Assembly (NCBI GenBank): GCA_965216785.1
Contig: OZ244197.1
Location: 960,001 to 1,024,000, forward strand
Source of the DNA: Thermodesulfobacteriota bacterium
GTDB taxonomy: Bacteria > Desulfobacterota_D > UBA1144 > Nemesobacterales > UBA2774
Direction: 5' to 3'
DNA length: 64,000 nucleotides
In this document: piece by piece, positions 20,983-30,711 of the stretch
Layout: each line of letters begins with the position of its first letter
Position numbering within the stretch: the stretch's first letter is position 1
Notes under the pieces: generated by a model
Told to the model about the DNA's origin: nothing
Databases searched by the model: none
Seen by the model: the letters and a program-made list of their open reading frames with translations, nothing else
Translations under genes and position numbers: made by a program

Positions 20983-21879
20983 TCAGTCCTTGTTAAAATA
21001 TTTATACCCCACCGCCTTATAAGCAAGCTTCGCCGCAAGCACGTCAGGTCCCAGTATGCCCGCTACCGGAGCCAGCTCCACAATATCCATTCCAATCACA
21101 TTTCTGCTTTCAAACGTTTTTCTAAGGAGTCCGACAACGTCATACCAGGTAAGACCCCCCGGCTCGGGCGTTCCCGTCGAGGGCATTACGGAAGGGTCGA
21201 GTGAGTCAACGTCAACGCTGATGTATACGTCTTGCAATAGTGAAGAGACGGCGTCATCAATCCAGTCGTTATTTTCGGATTCATGAATTTCTCTTGCGTG
21301 GATTATTTTTACGTCGTCCCGGGTTTTGATAAACTCGGCCTCTTCAATCGAGTAACTCCTTATCCCGCACTCTGTAAGTGGGCACCCCTCGTCGAGCGCT
21401 CTTCGCATTACGCACGCGTGGTTATACTTTGTTCCTTCGTAGGAGTCACGTAAATCACAATGCGCGTCAATATTCAGAACAGAAAACTTTTCTCTACCCT
21501 GACGGTGTGCTCTAACTGCGCCTAGTGTGATTGAGTGCTCTCCCCCGAGCGTAATAATAAATTTATTGTTATCGATAAGCTTAGTGCATACTTTCTGCAC
21601 ATCACTTACCATAGCTTCGGGGTCTACATCGCACTCAAGCTCAGGCAGAGTATGGATACCGACCTTATAAGGCTCGCACTCCAGTTCGTCGTCATAAAGC
21701 TCGACCGATCTTGAGGCGTATATTATGGAATGTGGTCCTTTTGACGTGCCTCTTCCGAACGATACCGTTCTCTCGTACGGTACAGGGAGTATGACCGCTT
21801 GGGAGTTTTCAAAATCTGATTCCTCGCTCTCAAGCCCCAGGAAATTGTGCGGGAGAAAATTGCCTTCTATCATGACCAC
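20983..21879 (-). CDS. speB: Agmatinase (arginase family)
   Basis: GGEHSIT, DAHCDLRD, SVDVDSLDPSVMPSTGTPEPGG. Confidence 0.92.
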   Translation of the reverse strand: MVMIEGNFLPHNFLGLESEESDFENSQAVILPVPYERTVSFGRGTSKGPHSIIYASRSVELYDDELECEPYKVGIHTLPELECDVDPEAMVSDVQKVCTKLIDNNKFIITLGGEHSITLGAVRAHRQGREKFSVLNIDAHCDLRDSYEGTKYNHACVMRRALDEGCPLTECGIRSYSIEEAEFIKTRDDVKIIHAREIHESENNDWIDDAVSSLLQDVYISVDVDSLDPSVMPSTGTPEPGGLTWYDVVGLLRKTFESRNVIGMDIVELAPVAGILGPDVLAAKLAYKAVGYKYFNKD

Positions 21880-22004
21880 CGATATTTAACAGCTTAAGAG
21901 AGCCTATGTCAATTGATATTGCCTATAATACGTGATATAAATTCACGACCTTTTTAATAATTTAAAACGACCTCAATAAAAGTTAAAATAATTGTCCTAA
22001 GACC

Positions 22005-22694
22005 ATGAACGACAAACCTCACTATATTAACCACCGTGCAAGACTCCGCGAGCGCTTCAGGAAAGCAGGCGCAGACGGGATGCACGACTACGAGCTGCTA
22101 GAGCTGCTTCTTACCTACTCTATACCTAGACGGGACGTTAAGCCTGTTGCGAAGAAACTTATTGAGAAATTCGGGAGTCTCTCGGGTGTTCTCGATGCTG
22201 AGCAAAAAGAGCTTGAAGCGGTAAAAGGACTCGGCGCGATGTCGGCAAGCCTTATCAGGCTCGTAAAGGAGCTTTACTGTACTTACCTGTCAGAGGATAT
22301 TATGCAGGGTGATGTGCTTTCTTCTCCCGAATCTGTTCTCAATTTCGTAAGGGTGAAACTGGCCGGTCTTACGAACGAGGCGTTTATGGTCATATACATG
22401 AATGTGAAAAACGAAGTAATAGAGCATGCGCTCCTCTACGAAGGCACTGTGGACAACGTAGCCGTATACCCTAGGCGTGTGATTGAGTCTGCGCTCTCTA
22501 ATCACGCCTCGGGAGTAATTCTCGTTCATAACCACCCGAGCGGAAACACCATGCCCTCAGGCGAAGACAGGGTGCTCACACAGGAGATTGCGGAGGCTGC
22601 CGGCACTTTAGATATCAGAGTCCTTGACCATCTCATCGTGGGTAAGGAAGGTTACTTCAGTTTTATGGAGAACGGCCTACTGCCGATAGAATAA
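22005..22694 (+). CDS. radC: RadC family JAB-domain protein
   Basis: HRARLRERF, DYELLELLL, HhH region, HNHPSG...PSGED, LDHLIVG. Confidence 0.95.
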   Translation: MNDKPHYINHRARLRERFRKAGADGMHDYELLELLLTYSIPRRDVKPVAKKLIEKFGSLSGVLDAEQKELEAVKGLGAMSASLIRLVKELYCTYLSEDIMQGDVLSSPESVLNFVRVKLAGLTNEAFMVIYMNVKNEVIEHALLYEGTVDNVAVYPRRVIESALSNHASGVILVHNHPSGNTMPSGEDRVLTQEIAEAAGTLDIRVLDHLIVGKEGYFSFMENGLLPIE

Positions 22695-22780
22695 AAAATG
22701 ATATAGTTTGATGTATGACCTCAGAGACTTTTTTATACTGTACAGGTTATAAAACTTCTTTTTAAATAAGGGAGCCAGAG

Positions 22781-23425
22781 TTGGAAAGCTCAATAAAAGA
22801 AGAAGAGGTGCAGAGCAGCAATAGTCTTCACAAAAAAGCGCTCTATCTATCAGTCTTCACCGTATCCTATAATTTCTTAGAAGGAATCATCTCAGTTCTG
22901 CTGGGATCGCTTTCAGGAAGTGTAGCTTTGGTAGGGTTTGGGCTCGATAGCTTTATTGAGTCTCTTTCGGGAACTGTGATGATCTGGCGTTTTACTGCGG
23001 GAGCAAAGCTTTCACCCATAGAAGAAGAGAAAATAGAATCAAAGGCTGCAAAACTTGTAGCATACACCTTTTTTATACTGGGCGCCTATATTCTATTTGA
23101 ATCATTGAAAAAGCTTTACCTGCGCGAGCACCCGGAACCCAGCGTTTTTGGAATTATCATCGCAGTTGTCTCTCTCATAGTTATGCCGCTTCTTTTTTAC
23201 CTTAAATACAGGATCGGGAAAACTATAGGGAGCAGGAGCCTTGTTGCCGATTCAAAACAGACTCTAGCCTGTATGTATTTGTCCCTGGCTCTTTTAGCGG
23301 GGCTCGGCCTTAACTACCTGTACGGTTTCTGGTGGGCCGACCCGGTTTCAGGGCTTGTTATAGTGGTATTGCTCATAAGAGAGGGTTACGAGACGCTTAA
23401 GGAAGAGAGGCTTTGCGGCTGTTAG
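22781..23425 (+). CDS. Cation efflux-family membrane transporter (TM domain only)
   Basis: SVALVGFGLDSFIE, ADSKQT, WWADP; six TM segments. Confidence 0.8.
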   Translation: MESSIKEEEVQSSNSLHKKALYLSVFTVSYNFLEGIISVLLGSLSGSVALVGFGLDSFIESLSGTVMIWRFTAGAKLSPIEEEKIESKAAKLVAYTFFILGAYILFESLKKLYLREHPEPSVFGIIIAVVSLIVMPLLFYLKYRIGKTIGSRSLVADSKQTLACMYLSLALLAGLGLNYLYGFWWADPVSGLVIVVLLIREGYETLKEERLCGC

Positions 23426-23547
23426 CTTAATTCAAGTAAATAAATTTTTTGAGTGTATTTTGAAATCCATGGTATATTAAAATCCCGAAATCAGAATCTA
23501 TCAGCAATCTCTCAGAACGAATAATTAAATATTAAGCGAGCACACTC

Positions 23548-24108
23548 ATGACAGATAATAAAGAAGAGTCCGCAAAAAAAGATACATCCGGCTCCATCAG
23601 TATAATCCGCTTCATCGTTACCTACGTGGTTTTGATGGGGGTGTTCTTTTTACTGCTTGGCCTTGCGCCGGTAAGAGAGGTCATAGACGTAAACGGCGCG
23701 TATTCTAACGTAATCGTCATAATTACAGCGAAGATACTCGGGCTTTTCGGTATCACCTCCACCTATGCCGGCACTCTTATAAACCTTCCGTCCATAACGC
23801 TAGACGTAGAATTTGGTTGTAACGGGCTTGAGGCCGTGATGATTTACTGCGTCGCGGTACTAACGTTTCCGGCAAGCTGGAAGAACAGGATCCTCGGAAT
23901 CGTTCTCGGGTTCTTAGTCATTCAGGTTCTTAATCTCATACGAATTGTTGCGCTTGCATACGCGGGCGTTTATCATAAGGACCTCTTTGAGCTCGTTCAC
24001 CTTTATGTAGCCCAAGGGGTCATGATAGCCGTTGCGTTAGGCACGTTCGTTCTTTATCTGACATATATAAGCAATGGAGATACAAAGCCAAAAGAAGCTT
24101 CTGCCTAA
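23548..24108 (+). CDS. xrtH: Exosortase H (IPTL-CTERM-specific)
   Basis: Short exosortase with Cys (GCNGLEA), Arg (NLIRI) and His (HLYVAQ); IPTL-CTERM substrate present in the window. Confidence 0.85.
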   Translation: MTDNKEESAKKDTSGSISIIRFIVTYVVLMGVFFLLLGLAPVREVIDVNGAYSNVIVIITAKILGLFGITSTYAGTLINLPSITLDVEFGCNGLEAVMIYCVAVLTFPASWKNRILGIVLGFLVIQVLNLIRIVALAYAGVYHKDLFELVHLYVAQGVMIAVALGTFVLYLTYISNGDTKPKEASA

Positions 24109-24745
24109 AGGCGCTATTTTAAAGGCCGGGCTCATATTCATAATATCCTTTTGCGTATTCCTCGGAGGATGGCTTGTAGTTAAGGGCTACTACGGAACTG
24201 CTATTACTACCGTATCGTCCTACGCCGCCGCCGCGGTAAAGAACGCTCAGGTTGTGGATATCACCCGAGACAAGGACGTTGTTAAGGTTGGATTCATTCC
24301 CAAGACATATGGCGTAGCCCAGGTCTATAAAACCTCAATTGACGTTCCTGTGTCGAATTACGCGTTCAATGTACCTCTGACGCTCGCCATAATGGCCGCT
24401 TTTTTCCCTTTTCTCCGCTCAAGGCGGGTCTACATAGAAGCTCTTGTTATTCTGGTCTTCGTGCATTTCCTTTTCATCTTCACCCTCGAGGGCGAAAGGC
24501 TCACCGGGGTTTTCGTATCCCAGGGATATGAAAAAGAAAGCACGATCAGTAATATCTTTTGGCAATTCTCCTGGGGTTTCCTCGACAATATGGTCGTACG
24601 CTTCGAGCCGTTTCTGATCGGGGCATATCTATTCTTCTTCAGAAACAGGGTCCCGAAAGTTAAGAAGCAAAAAGCTAAAGTGGCTAAAGGTAAGGATAGA
24701 CAGAGGTCCGCAAAGTCAAAGGGTAAGAAATCTAGAAGAAAATAA
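24074..24745 (+). CDS. Probable exosortase H-associated membrane protein
   Basis: Overlaps the xrtH 3' end; multi-TM; FNVPLTLAI segment; basic C-terminal tail. Confidence 0.65.
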   Translation: MEIQSQKKLLPKGAILKAGLIFIISFCVFLGGWLVVKGYYGTAITTVSSYAAAAVKNAQVVDITRDKDVVKVGFIPKTYGVAQVYKTSIDVPVSNYAFNVPLTLAIMAAFFPFLRSRRVYIEALVILVFVHFLFIFTLEGERLTGVFVSQGYEKESTISNIFWQFSWGFLDNMVVRFEPFLIGAYLFFFRNRVPKVKKQKAKVAKGKDRQRSAKSKGKKSRRK

Positions 24746-24755
24746 AGCCTGTATT

Positions 24756-25481
24756 TTAACTTTCGCTCCGGCCAAGAATAAGCCCGCTGAAAAGACTTCC
24801 CAAAAGATATGTAACATATATAAGCACAATGCCCAGTAGGAATGAGATAGCCACACCTGCAATATCTCCCGCAGTATACGGCGCACCGCTGAAAAATATA
24901 TCCTGAGCGAGTTTAAACAAATCGTCGCTCCTCCATGTTTCTACATCAAACCCTGGCGAGAAAGTTTTTACTACACGCGTAACCACAATAGACCCCATCT
25001 CATAATAATCCCCGCTAAAAGATATAAACGGCGCAAACGCGATAGGAAGGCCGAACCCAAGCTTAAGGCAGGCGGCTATCGGTTTTGAGCGGGCGGCGGA
25101 TTTTACCAGGGGCACGCCAACAAATATAGTCAGAAGGAAGGGAAAGAAATCCGTAAGCAGATAAATAAGGTCGCTCCCCTTAGTGTCAAACCCCGTAAGC
25201 TGCCCTGCGTAATCAGACCCAACGGTTACAAAGGGGAATATCTTTTTAAGATACGCCGCCCCGTACATAGGGCTTACCTGAAGCTCGCTCACCGTGCCCC
25301 CGCCCAGTATGCACCCCAGCGCGTGGCCTAGCTCGTGCAGCGGAACATAAATCCACCAGGAAACTGCAAAAGCAATCAGCACGATGATCAGGTAAACTGC
25401 AGAAACTTTATCAATGCACCTCTCGAGACCAGAGAAAAAGTCCTCAAACGGCAGAGCCAGAATGTGAAGCAGGTTTTTCAT
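24756..25481 (-). CDS. Membrane protein with HExxH motif (M50-like metalloprotease candidate)
   Basis: PLHELGHALG after a TM helix, downstream SGDY Asp, several TMs. Confidence 0.6.
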   Translation of the reverse strand: MKNLLHILALPFEDFFSGLERCIDKVSAVYLIIVLIAFAVSWWIYVPLHELGHALGCILGGGTVSELQVSPMYGAAYLKKIFPFVTVGSDYAGQLTGFDTKGSDLIYLLTDFFPFLLTIFVGVPLVKSAARSKPIAACLKLGFGLPIAFAPFISFSGDYYEMGSIVVTRVVKTFSPGFDVETWRSDDLFKLAQDIFFSGAPYTAGDIAGVAISFLLGIVLIYVTYLLGSLFSGLILGRSES

Positions 25482-25607
25482 GAAGATGAACCTCGATTGA
25501 TTGTATATAAGTTAAAGAAAATTGTAAACATTCGGCTCAAAAAGACGCCATTTTAGCCCTAAAAATATGTTATTACATTAACTTATAACCATAAGCTATA
25601 AAAGATA

Positions 25608-25636
25608 TTGACAAAATTCCAAAAAAGTTATACAAT
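25608..25636 (+). promoter_or_regulatory. Sigma70 promoter of the riboswitch-SLT transcript
   Basis: TTGACA-17bp-TACAAT. Confidence 0.8.
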
Positions 25637-25667
25637 GTGGGCATAAGAGGATGAATTTTTAATATAA

Positions 25668-25753
25668 CCGAAAAGGCAAACTATCCGAAAGGATAGGACG
25701 CAAAGCCGACGGCCTAAGGGCTAGATGGAGCCTAAGGCGGCAGGGTTGCCGAA
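25668..25753 (+). ncRNA. c-di-GMP-I (GEMM) riboswitch aptamer
   Basis: GGCAAAC-TATCC-GAAA-GGATAG-GACGCAAAGCC...CCTAAG...GGCAGGGTTGCCG: GNRA P2 loop, CGCAAAGCC junction and GGTTGCC 3' end. Confidence 0.92.
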
Positions 25754-25848
25754 GAGATGGAGGATGGGTCTCTAATAAATTCCGCTCTTCATGATAATTT
25801 AAGAGGCACGTCTGCGCAGCTTTTCGGTCAAAAGCTTTTTAAAGGAGC

Positions 25849-27042
25849 TTGGACATGAAAAGAGGATGGAGAATAAATAATAAGCTTTCTATATATACGC
25901 TTGGCATAGTCGGGTTTGTGCTTCTCTGTATAGTTTCGTTTCCAAAAGAGACGCTTGCCAATACCTATTACTATACAAAAACAGAAGACGGCACATTTCA
26001 CTACACCAATATCAAGCCTAAATCTACTGAATATAAGAGCGTAGATAGCCCTTGGGGAGTCCTTAAAACAGCGCCAAGAGTAAATAGAATAAAGAAAAGC
26101 GGTAGCTTTAAGTACTCCAGGGTTTACGATCGGCATATTCACAGCACAGCTAACTGGTACGGGGTAGACCCACTGCTAATTAAAGCGATTATAAAGGTAG
26201 AGTCCGATTTTAACCCTCATGCGGTTTCATCCAAGGGGGCCATGGGTATGATGCAGCTTATGCCCGGCACGGCCAAGAAAAACGGGGTTAAAGACGCGTT
26301 TGACGCGCAAGAGAACATTGAGGGCGGGGTCAGGTATTTCAGTAAGCTCATGCTCATGTTCAACCACAGGATCACTCTCGCTCTGGCAGGTTACAACGCC
26401 GGTGAAAACGCTGTTATTAAATACGGCTACAAGATCCCTCCTTATCCCGAGACCATAAATTATGTTGAAAAGGTCTATATACACTACGACAACCTCAGGA
26501 ACAAAAAGGTGAAAAGAAATATAGACTCCATGGTTGCGGAAAGATTCGATAAGAAGCCGATTCAAACCGTCGCGAAAACAAGCAATAATAATAGGACCAA
26601 AAAGAAAACCAGCTCTTTTGTTTATGTTGAGACGCTTGAAAGCGCAACAGTGGTTACAAACACGACCCGGAAAAATATATCTCCTCAAAAGCCAAAGGTT
26701 ATCTCAAAGCCTACGGTAAGAGCAAAATCAAGCACTGCCAAGTCCCCTGTTTATGCAGATGCCAATATAGACACTAACGCTAGCAGCCCTCCTGCCAAGG
26801 AGGGGCGTTATACTGTTCAAATTGCCTCATTCCCACAAGCCCGCTTTGCAAAAGAGATGGAAGCTGAGCTAAAGGCAAAGACATATCCTGCCTATGTTCA
26901 GAAAACCGATATACCCGGCAAGGGCACGTGGTATAGGGTAAGAGTAGGCCATTTCGGCACGAAAGAAGAGGCGCGCAGATTCGGTGATACAATAGTAAAT
27001 AAAGTGTCTTCGGTAAAATCCATATATGTCGCTATGAATTAA
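25849..27042 (+). CDS. Lytic transglycosylase (SLT) with C-terminal SPOR domain
   Basis: N-terminal TM; AIIKVESDFNPHAVSSKGAMGMMQLMP, ALAGYNAGE, ETINYV; SPOR YTVQIASF...WYRVRVGHF; start TTG 25849 or ATG 25855. Confidence 0.92.
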   Translation: MDMKRGWRINNKLSIYTLGIVGFVLLCIVSFPKETLANTYYYTKTEDGTFHYTNIKPKSTEYKSVDSPWGVLKTAPRVNRIKKSGSFKYSRVYDRHIHSTANWYGVDPLLIKAIIKVESDFNPHAVSSKGAMGMMQLMPGTAKKNGVKDAFDAQENIEGGVRYFSKLMLMFNHRITLALAGYNAGENAVIKYGYKIPPYPETINYVEKVYIHYDNLRNKKVKRNIDSMVAERFDKKPIQTVAKTSNNNRTKKKTSSFVYVETLESATVVTNTTRKNISPQKPKVISKPTVRAKSSTAKSPVYADANIDTNASSPPAKEGRYTVQIASFPQARFAKEMEAELKAKTYPAYVQKTDIPGKGTWYRVRVGHFGTKEEARRFGDTIVNKVSSVKSIYVAMN

Positions 27043-27249
27043 TTATTTTAAGTTCCCTAAAGGTTTTTTCCTACATTATATCTGTCTCTTATAACAATAC
27101 GCGGTTAGCTCATTTCTCTTTGATCCGGTAAAATACAATTATCCGGACGATTTAGCTTGACTAAGTTTACGCTTTTTTTTAAGATAATATGGGCGTCCGG
27201 AAGACTAACCCCCACTGACTTACACGGCTTACACAATGGAGGCATTGAC

Positions 27250-29247
27250 ATGAAACCTATTATTGTGGCGATACTGATTATAGCGGCATTTGCGTTTTTT
27301 GCTTACAACATTTGGAATCTTATAAAAATTCTCCGCATAGGTAAGTACGAGATGAGGTTCGACAATATTCCAGAGAGAATAAAACTCGTTCTCATTTACG
27401 TGTTCGGTCAGAAGAGGCTCGTTAAGAACTACACGTTCGCAGGCGTTGCGCATTTTATGATCTTCTGGGGATTCATCATTATTACCATCGGGACAATTGA
27501 ACTTTTGGTCGGAGGGGTATTCCCCGGGTTCAGGCTCATTCCGGGCTCCGCTCATCATTTTTACGAATTCATACTCGATATAGTGCAGTTCCTTGTGCTC
27601 GTAGCGATTATAATGGGGATAATAAACAGAACGACTATTGCGAAAAGAAGGGAAGTAAACGGGCTTGACGCGGTAGTTATTCTAGGACTAATATTCGGTT
27701 TAATGGTCACAGCGTTCGGATTTACCGGGGCCCAGCTGGCCATGGCCGGGGAAACCACAGGCTGGATGCCCGTATCGAGCGCTTTTGCGTCCATATTCTA
27801 CACAGGCATGAGTCAATCGGGCCTTGCGTATTCAGGCGAGTTCTTCTGGTGGTTCCACGTGCTTATCGTACTCGGATTTTTAAACTACCTTCCTTACTCA
27901 AAACACAGTCACGTTTTTACTGCTATACCGAACGTATTCTTCCAGGACTTAAAACCCAGAGGGGCATTGAACCCTATAGATTTTGAGAATATTCCGGACG
28001 ACATAGACCACTTCGGAGCGGGGAAACTCGAAGATTTCACATGGAAGGACATCCTAGATTCCTATACATGTACGGAGTGCGGCAGATGCACTGACAACTG
28101 CCCGGCCTGGCACACGGAAAAACCCCTGTCACCAAGGGAAATAGTTGTAAAGATAAGACACTACGCTTCAACAGAGGGCAAAGAGCTCCTAAACGGCGGA
28201 ACTGTAAGCGGAGACGGCTTCATTCCCGGACCCGAGTGGGTAACTGAGGACGAGCTATGGGCATGTACCAGTTGTAACGCCTGTGTCGAGCAGTGCCCCC
28301 TATTCATTGATCAGATGGGTAAAATCATGGAAATGCGCCGGTATCTCACACTAGAGGGCAGGATTACTGGATCCGCAATGAAGACGCTCCAGGCCCTGCA
28401 AACTCATGGTAACCCATGGGGCTTCAGCGAAAGCGACCGAGCCAAATGGCTTGCGGATGTTGAGGATATTAATGTTATAGGCGAAGAAGGTGTCGAGGAC
28501 GCGAGTGAGTTCGATTTCGTTTACTGGATGGGATGTTACGGCGGGTATGACCCTAGGGGACAGAAGATAGCAGATTCTGTAATTGCGCTACTACAAAAAG
28601 CCGGAGTGAAGTTTGCGGTGCTTGGTCCTCAGGAAAAATGTACCGGAGACCCCGCTAGAAGGTTAGGGGAAGAGGCCCTATACCAAATGCTTGCAATGGA
28701 AAATATTGAAAACATGAATGCGCTCAAGGTCAAAAAAGTCATAGCTAACTGCCCGCACTGCTTTAACACCATACAAAACGAATACCCTCAGTTCGGCGGA
28801 GATTTCGAAGTCATTAACCACACGGAGCTTTTAAACGAGCTTGTGGCGCAGGGAAGACTGACGCCTAAGGGTGAAGTGAACCAGGAAGTAGCCTATCACG
28901 ACCCGTGTTATCTCGGTCGCTACAACAGGGTGTTTGACGCGCCCCGCGAAGTGCTTCAGGCTATCCCGGGGCTAAAACTGGTCGAGCTCGACAGGAAGAG
29001 AGAAAGGAGCTTCTGCTGCGGCGCCGGAGGCGGAAAGATCTGGATGGAGGAAGAGGCTCCTAGGGTCAACTGGAACCGCTTTGAAGAGATAGCGGATAAA
29101 AACCCCGATACCCTTGCCGTGGCGTGCTATTTCTGCGATACCATGTTTGAGGATGCCGCTAAGCACGCAGGCAACGAAGATTTTGAGATTAAAGATATCT
29201 CTATGATCCTCAGAGAATCCATAGAAGCAGAAGAAAAAGATCAATAA
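27250..29247 (+). CDS. Membrane-bound Fe-S oxidoreductase (FadF/HdrDE-like, CCG domains)
   Basis: N-terminal TMs, CTECGRCTDNCP, CTSCNACVEQCP, CPHC, YHDPCYLGR, CCGAGGG; GGAGG RBS before ATG 27250. Confidence 0.9.
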   Translation: MKPIIVAILIIAAFAFFAYNIWNLIKILRIGKYEMRFDNIPERIKLVLIYVFGQKRLVKNYTFAGVAHFMIFWGFIIITIGTIELLVGGVFPGFRLIPGSAHHFYEFILDIVQFLVLVAIIMGIINRTTIAKRREVNGLDAVVILGLIFGLMVTAFGFTGAQLAMAGETTGWMPVSSAFASIFYTGMSQSGLAYSGEFFWWFHVLIVLGFLNYLPYSKHSHVFTAIPNVFFQDLKPRGALNPIDFENIPDDIDHFGAGKLEDFTWKDILDSYTCTECGRCTDNCPAWHTEKPLSPREIVVKIRHYASTEGKELLNGGTVSGDGFIPGPEWVTEDELWACTSCNACVEQCPLFIDQMGKIMEMRRYLTLEGRITGSAMKTLQALQTHGNPWGFSESDRAKWLADVEDINVIGEEGVEDASEFDFVYWMGCYGGYDPRGQKIADSVIALLQKAGVKFAVLGPQEKCTGDPARRLGEEALYQMLAMENIENMNALKVKKVIANCPHCFNTIQNEYPQFGGDFEVINHTELLNELVAQGRLTPKGEVNQEVAYHDPCYLGRYNRVFDAPREVLQAIPGLKLVELDRKRERSFCCGAGGGKIWMEEEAPRVNWNRFEEIADKNPDTLAVACYFCDTMFEDAAKHAGNEDFEIKDISMILRESIEAEEKDQ

Positions 29248-29253
29248 ATAGGC

Positions 29254-29384
29254 CGTTATTGTGATCTGAGCGAGGCAATCCCTCTCAATAACGCGTCCGA
29301 GCCTGAGACTTACCATTCCTGAACGTCTTTATCAGGAATCCACTATCCGTCATTGCGAAGGAGCAAAGCGACTTCGGCAATCCC
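29254..29384. repeat. Cluster of CGTC-tagged REP-like palindromes
   Basis: CGTTATTGTGA...GCAATCCC (29254), CATTCCTGAA...TCAGGAATCC (29314), CGTCATTGCGAAGGAGCAAAGCGACTTCGGCAATCCC (29348). Confidence 0.7.
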
Positions 29385-29444
29385 CTCCAATCAAGCAACC
29401 TATTGTCCTTGTAAATACATATATTAGGGTTAAGATACTTTCAT

Positions 29445-30692
29445 ATGGGTACATTTCCTTCAAACCCCTCAATCTTTTTAGATTCCGGTAACGGCTGGCT
29501 CGGGGAACCGGGCCAAATGAACAGATATATACTTTTCGACTCACCAGTCGCAACACTCTCTTTCCAGGACGGCGAGACTGAAGTTGTCAAAGACGGTAGA
29601 GCTACAAGATCAAAACGCGATCCACTATACGTCCTGGAGGGCTATTTAGCGCAGGGGTACGCTGCAGCCGGATTTATCGGATATGAGTACTCAAAATATA
29701 CCGATTCCGGGTTTATGCCGGAACATAAAAAAGACGGAGAAAGGCTACCTGACATATTCTTTAATATTTATAAGCTGAACGAGAAGAAAATGGGCGATAT
29801 TACACAGCTGAAATATGACGTAACTCACTTAAAACAAACAGAATATTATTCAAATATGTCCTGCGAAGCAGAATTAACGTCGAATATGGATAAAGAGGCA
29901 TACAAGAATATGGTGAAGCGGGCAAAGAGCTATATAGAGGCGGGTGATATCTACCAGGCAAACCTATCACAGCGTTATATCACACAGTTTGATATGTCTC
30001 CGCTTGACTTTTTCCTTAGATTTTATGAGGCGCAGCCTGTACCATTTGGCTCCTACATGGATTTTGGCGATTTTCAGGTAATAAGCGGCTCAATGGAGCT
30101 GTTCTTAAGAAAAACTGGGAAAAAACTTCTAACCAGGCCCATAAAGGGAACGAGAAGGAGGGGGCAGACTGACGAGCTCGATATTGTAAAGCGCGCTGAG
30201 CTTGTAAGCAGCGACAAGGAGAGAGCAGAAAACCTGATGATAGTGGACTTGATGCGCAATGACCTCGGCAGGGTCTGTGAGAAAGGCTCTGTTAAAGTTA
30301 ACTGTCTGTTCGATATTGAAAGCTACTCGACCCTTCATCAAATGGTCTCAGATGTTGAGGGAAATCTCAATAAAGACAGTATGATAACAAAAATTATAGG
30401 AAATGTATTTCCTCCGGGCTCTGTGACCGGGGCGCCAAAAAGGAGGACGCTTGAGGTAATAGACGAGCTTGAACCGCACCTGCGAGGGCCTTACTGCGGA
30501 GCGCTAGGGATATTTTATCCAGACGGTGATTTCGTGTTGAGTGTCGGGATTAGGCTTTTGGTAACAAAAGGGAGGAAGGCTACCTTCTGGGTAGGGGGAG
30601 GTATTGTGTGGGACTCTGATCCTGAGAAGGAGTATGAAGAGACAGTCCTTAAATCATACGCTATAAAAAAAGCTTTGGGAATTACAGAATAA
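29445..30692 (+). CDS. pabB: Aminodeoxychorismate synthase component I
   Basis: GDIYQANLS, PIKGT, KERAENLMIVDLMRNDL, FPPGSVTGAPK. Confidence 0.88.
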   Translation: MGTFPSNPSIFLDSGNGWLGEPGQMNRYILFDSPVATLSFQDGETEVVKDGRATRSKRDPLYVLEGYLAQGYAAAGFIGYEYSKYTDSGFMPEHKKDGERLPDIFFNIYKLNEKKMGDITQLKYDVTHLKQTEYYSNMSCEAELTSNMDKEAYKNMVKRAKSYIEAGDIYQANLSQRYITQFDMSPLDFFLRFYEAQPVPFGSYMDFGDFQVISGSMELFLRKTGKKLLTRPIKGTRRRGQTDELDIVKRAELVSSDKERAENLMIVDLMRNDLGRVCEKGSVKVNCLFDIESYSTLHQMVSDVEGNLNKDSMITKIIGNVFPPGSVTGAPKRRTLEVIDELEPHLRGPYCGALGIFYPDGDFVLSVGIRLLVTKGRKATFWVGGGIVWDSDPEKEYEETVLKSYAIKKALGITE

Positions 30693-30711
30693 GGTATATA
30701 ATTACAAAAGA

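Noticed and set aside
22005-22694. radC as a marker of a mobile element or defence island
   Set aside because: Full-length chromosomal form among housekeeping genes; no integrase, att sites or defence genes
25668-25753. c-AMP-GMP variant of the GEMM riboswitch
   Set aside because: The discriminating position appears to be G (AAGGCAAAC) rather than A; needs experimental confirmation
27157-27249. 31-aa N-terminal extension of the Fe-S oxidoreductase in the ORF track
   Set aside because: The TTG coincides with a -35-like TTGACT; the GGAGG RBS precedes ATG 27250
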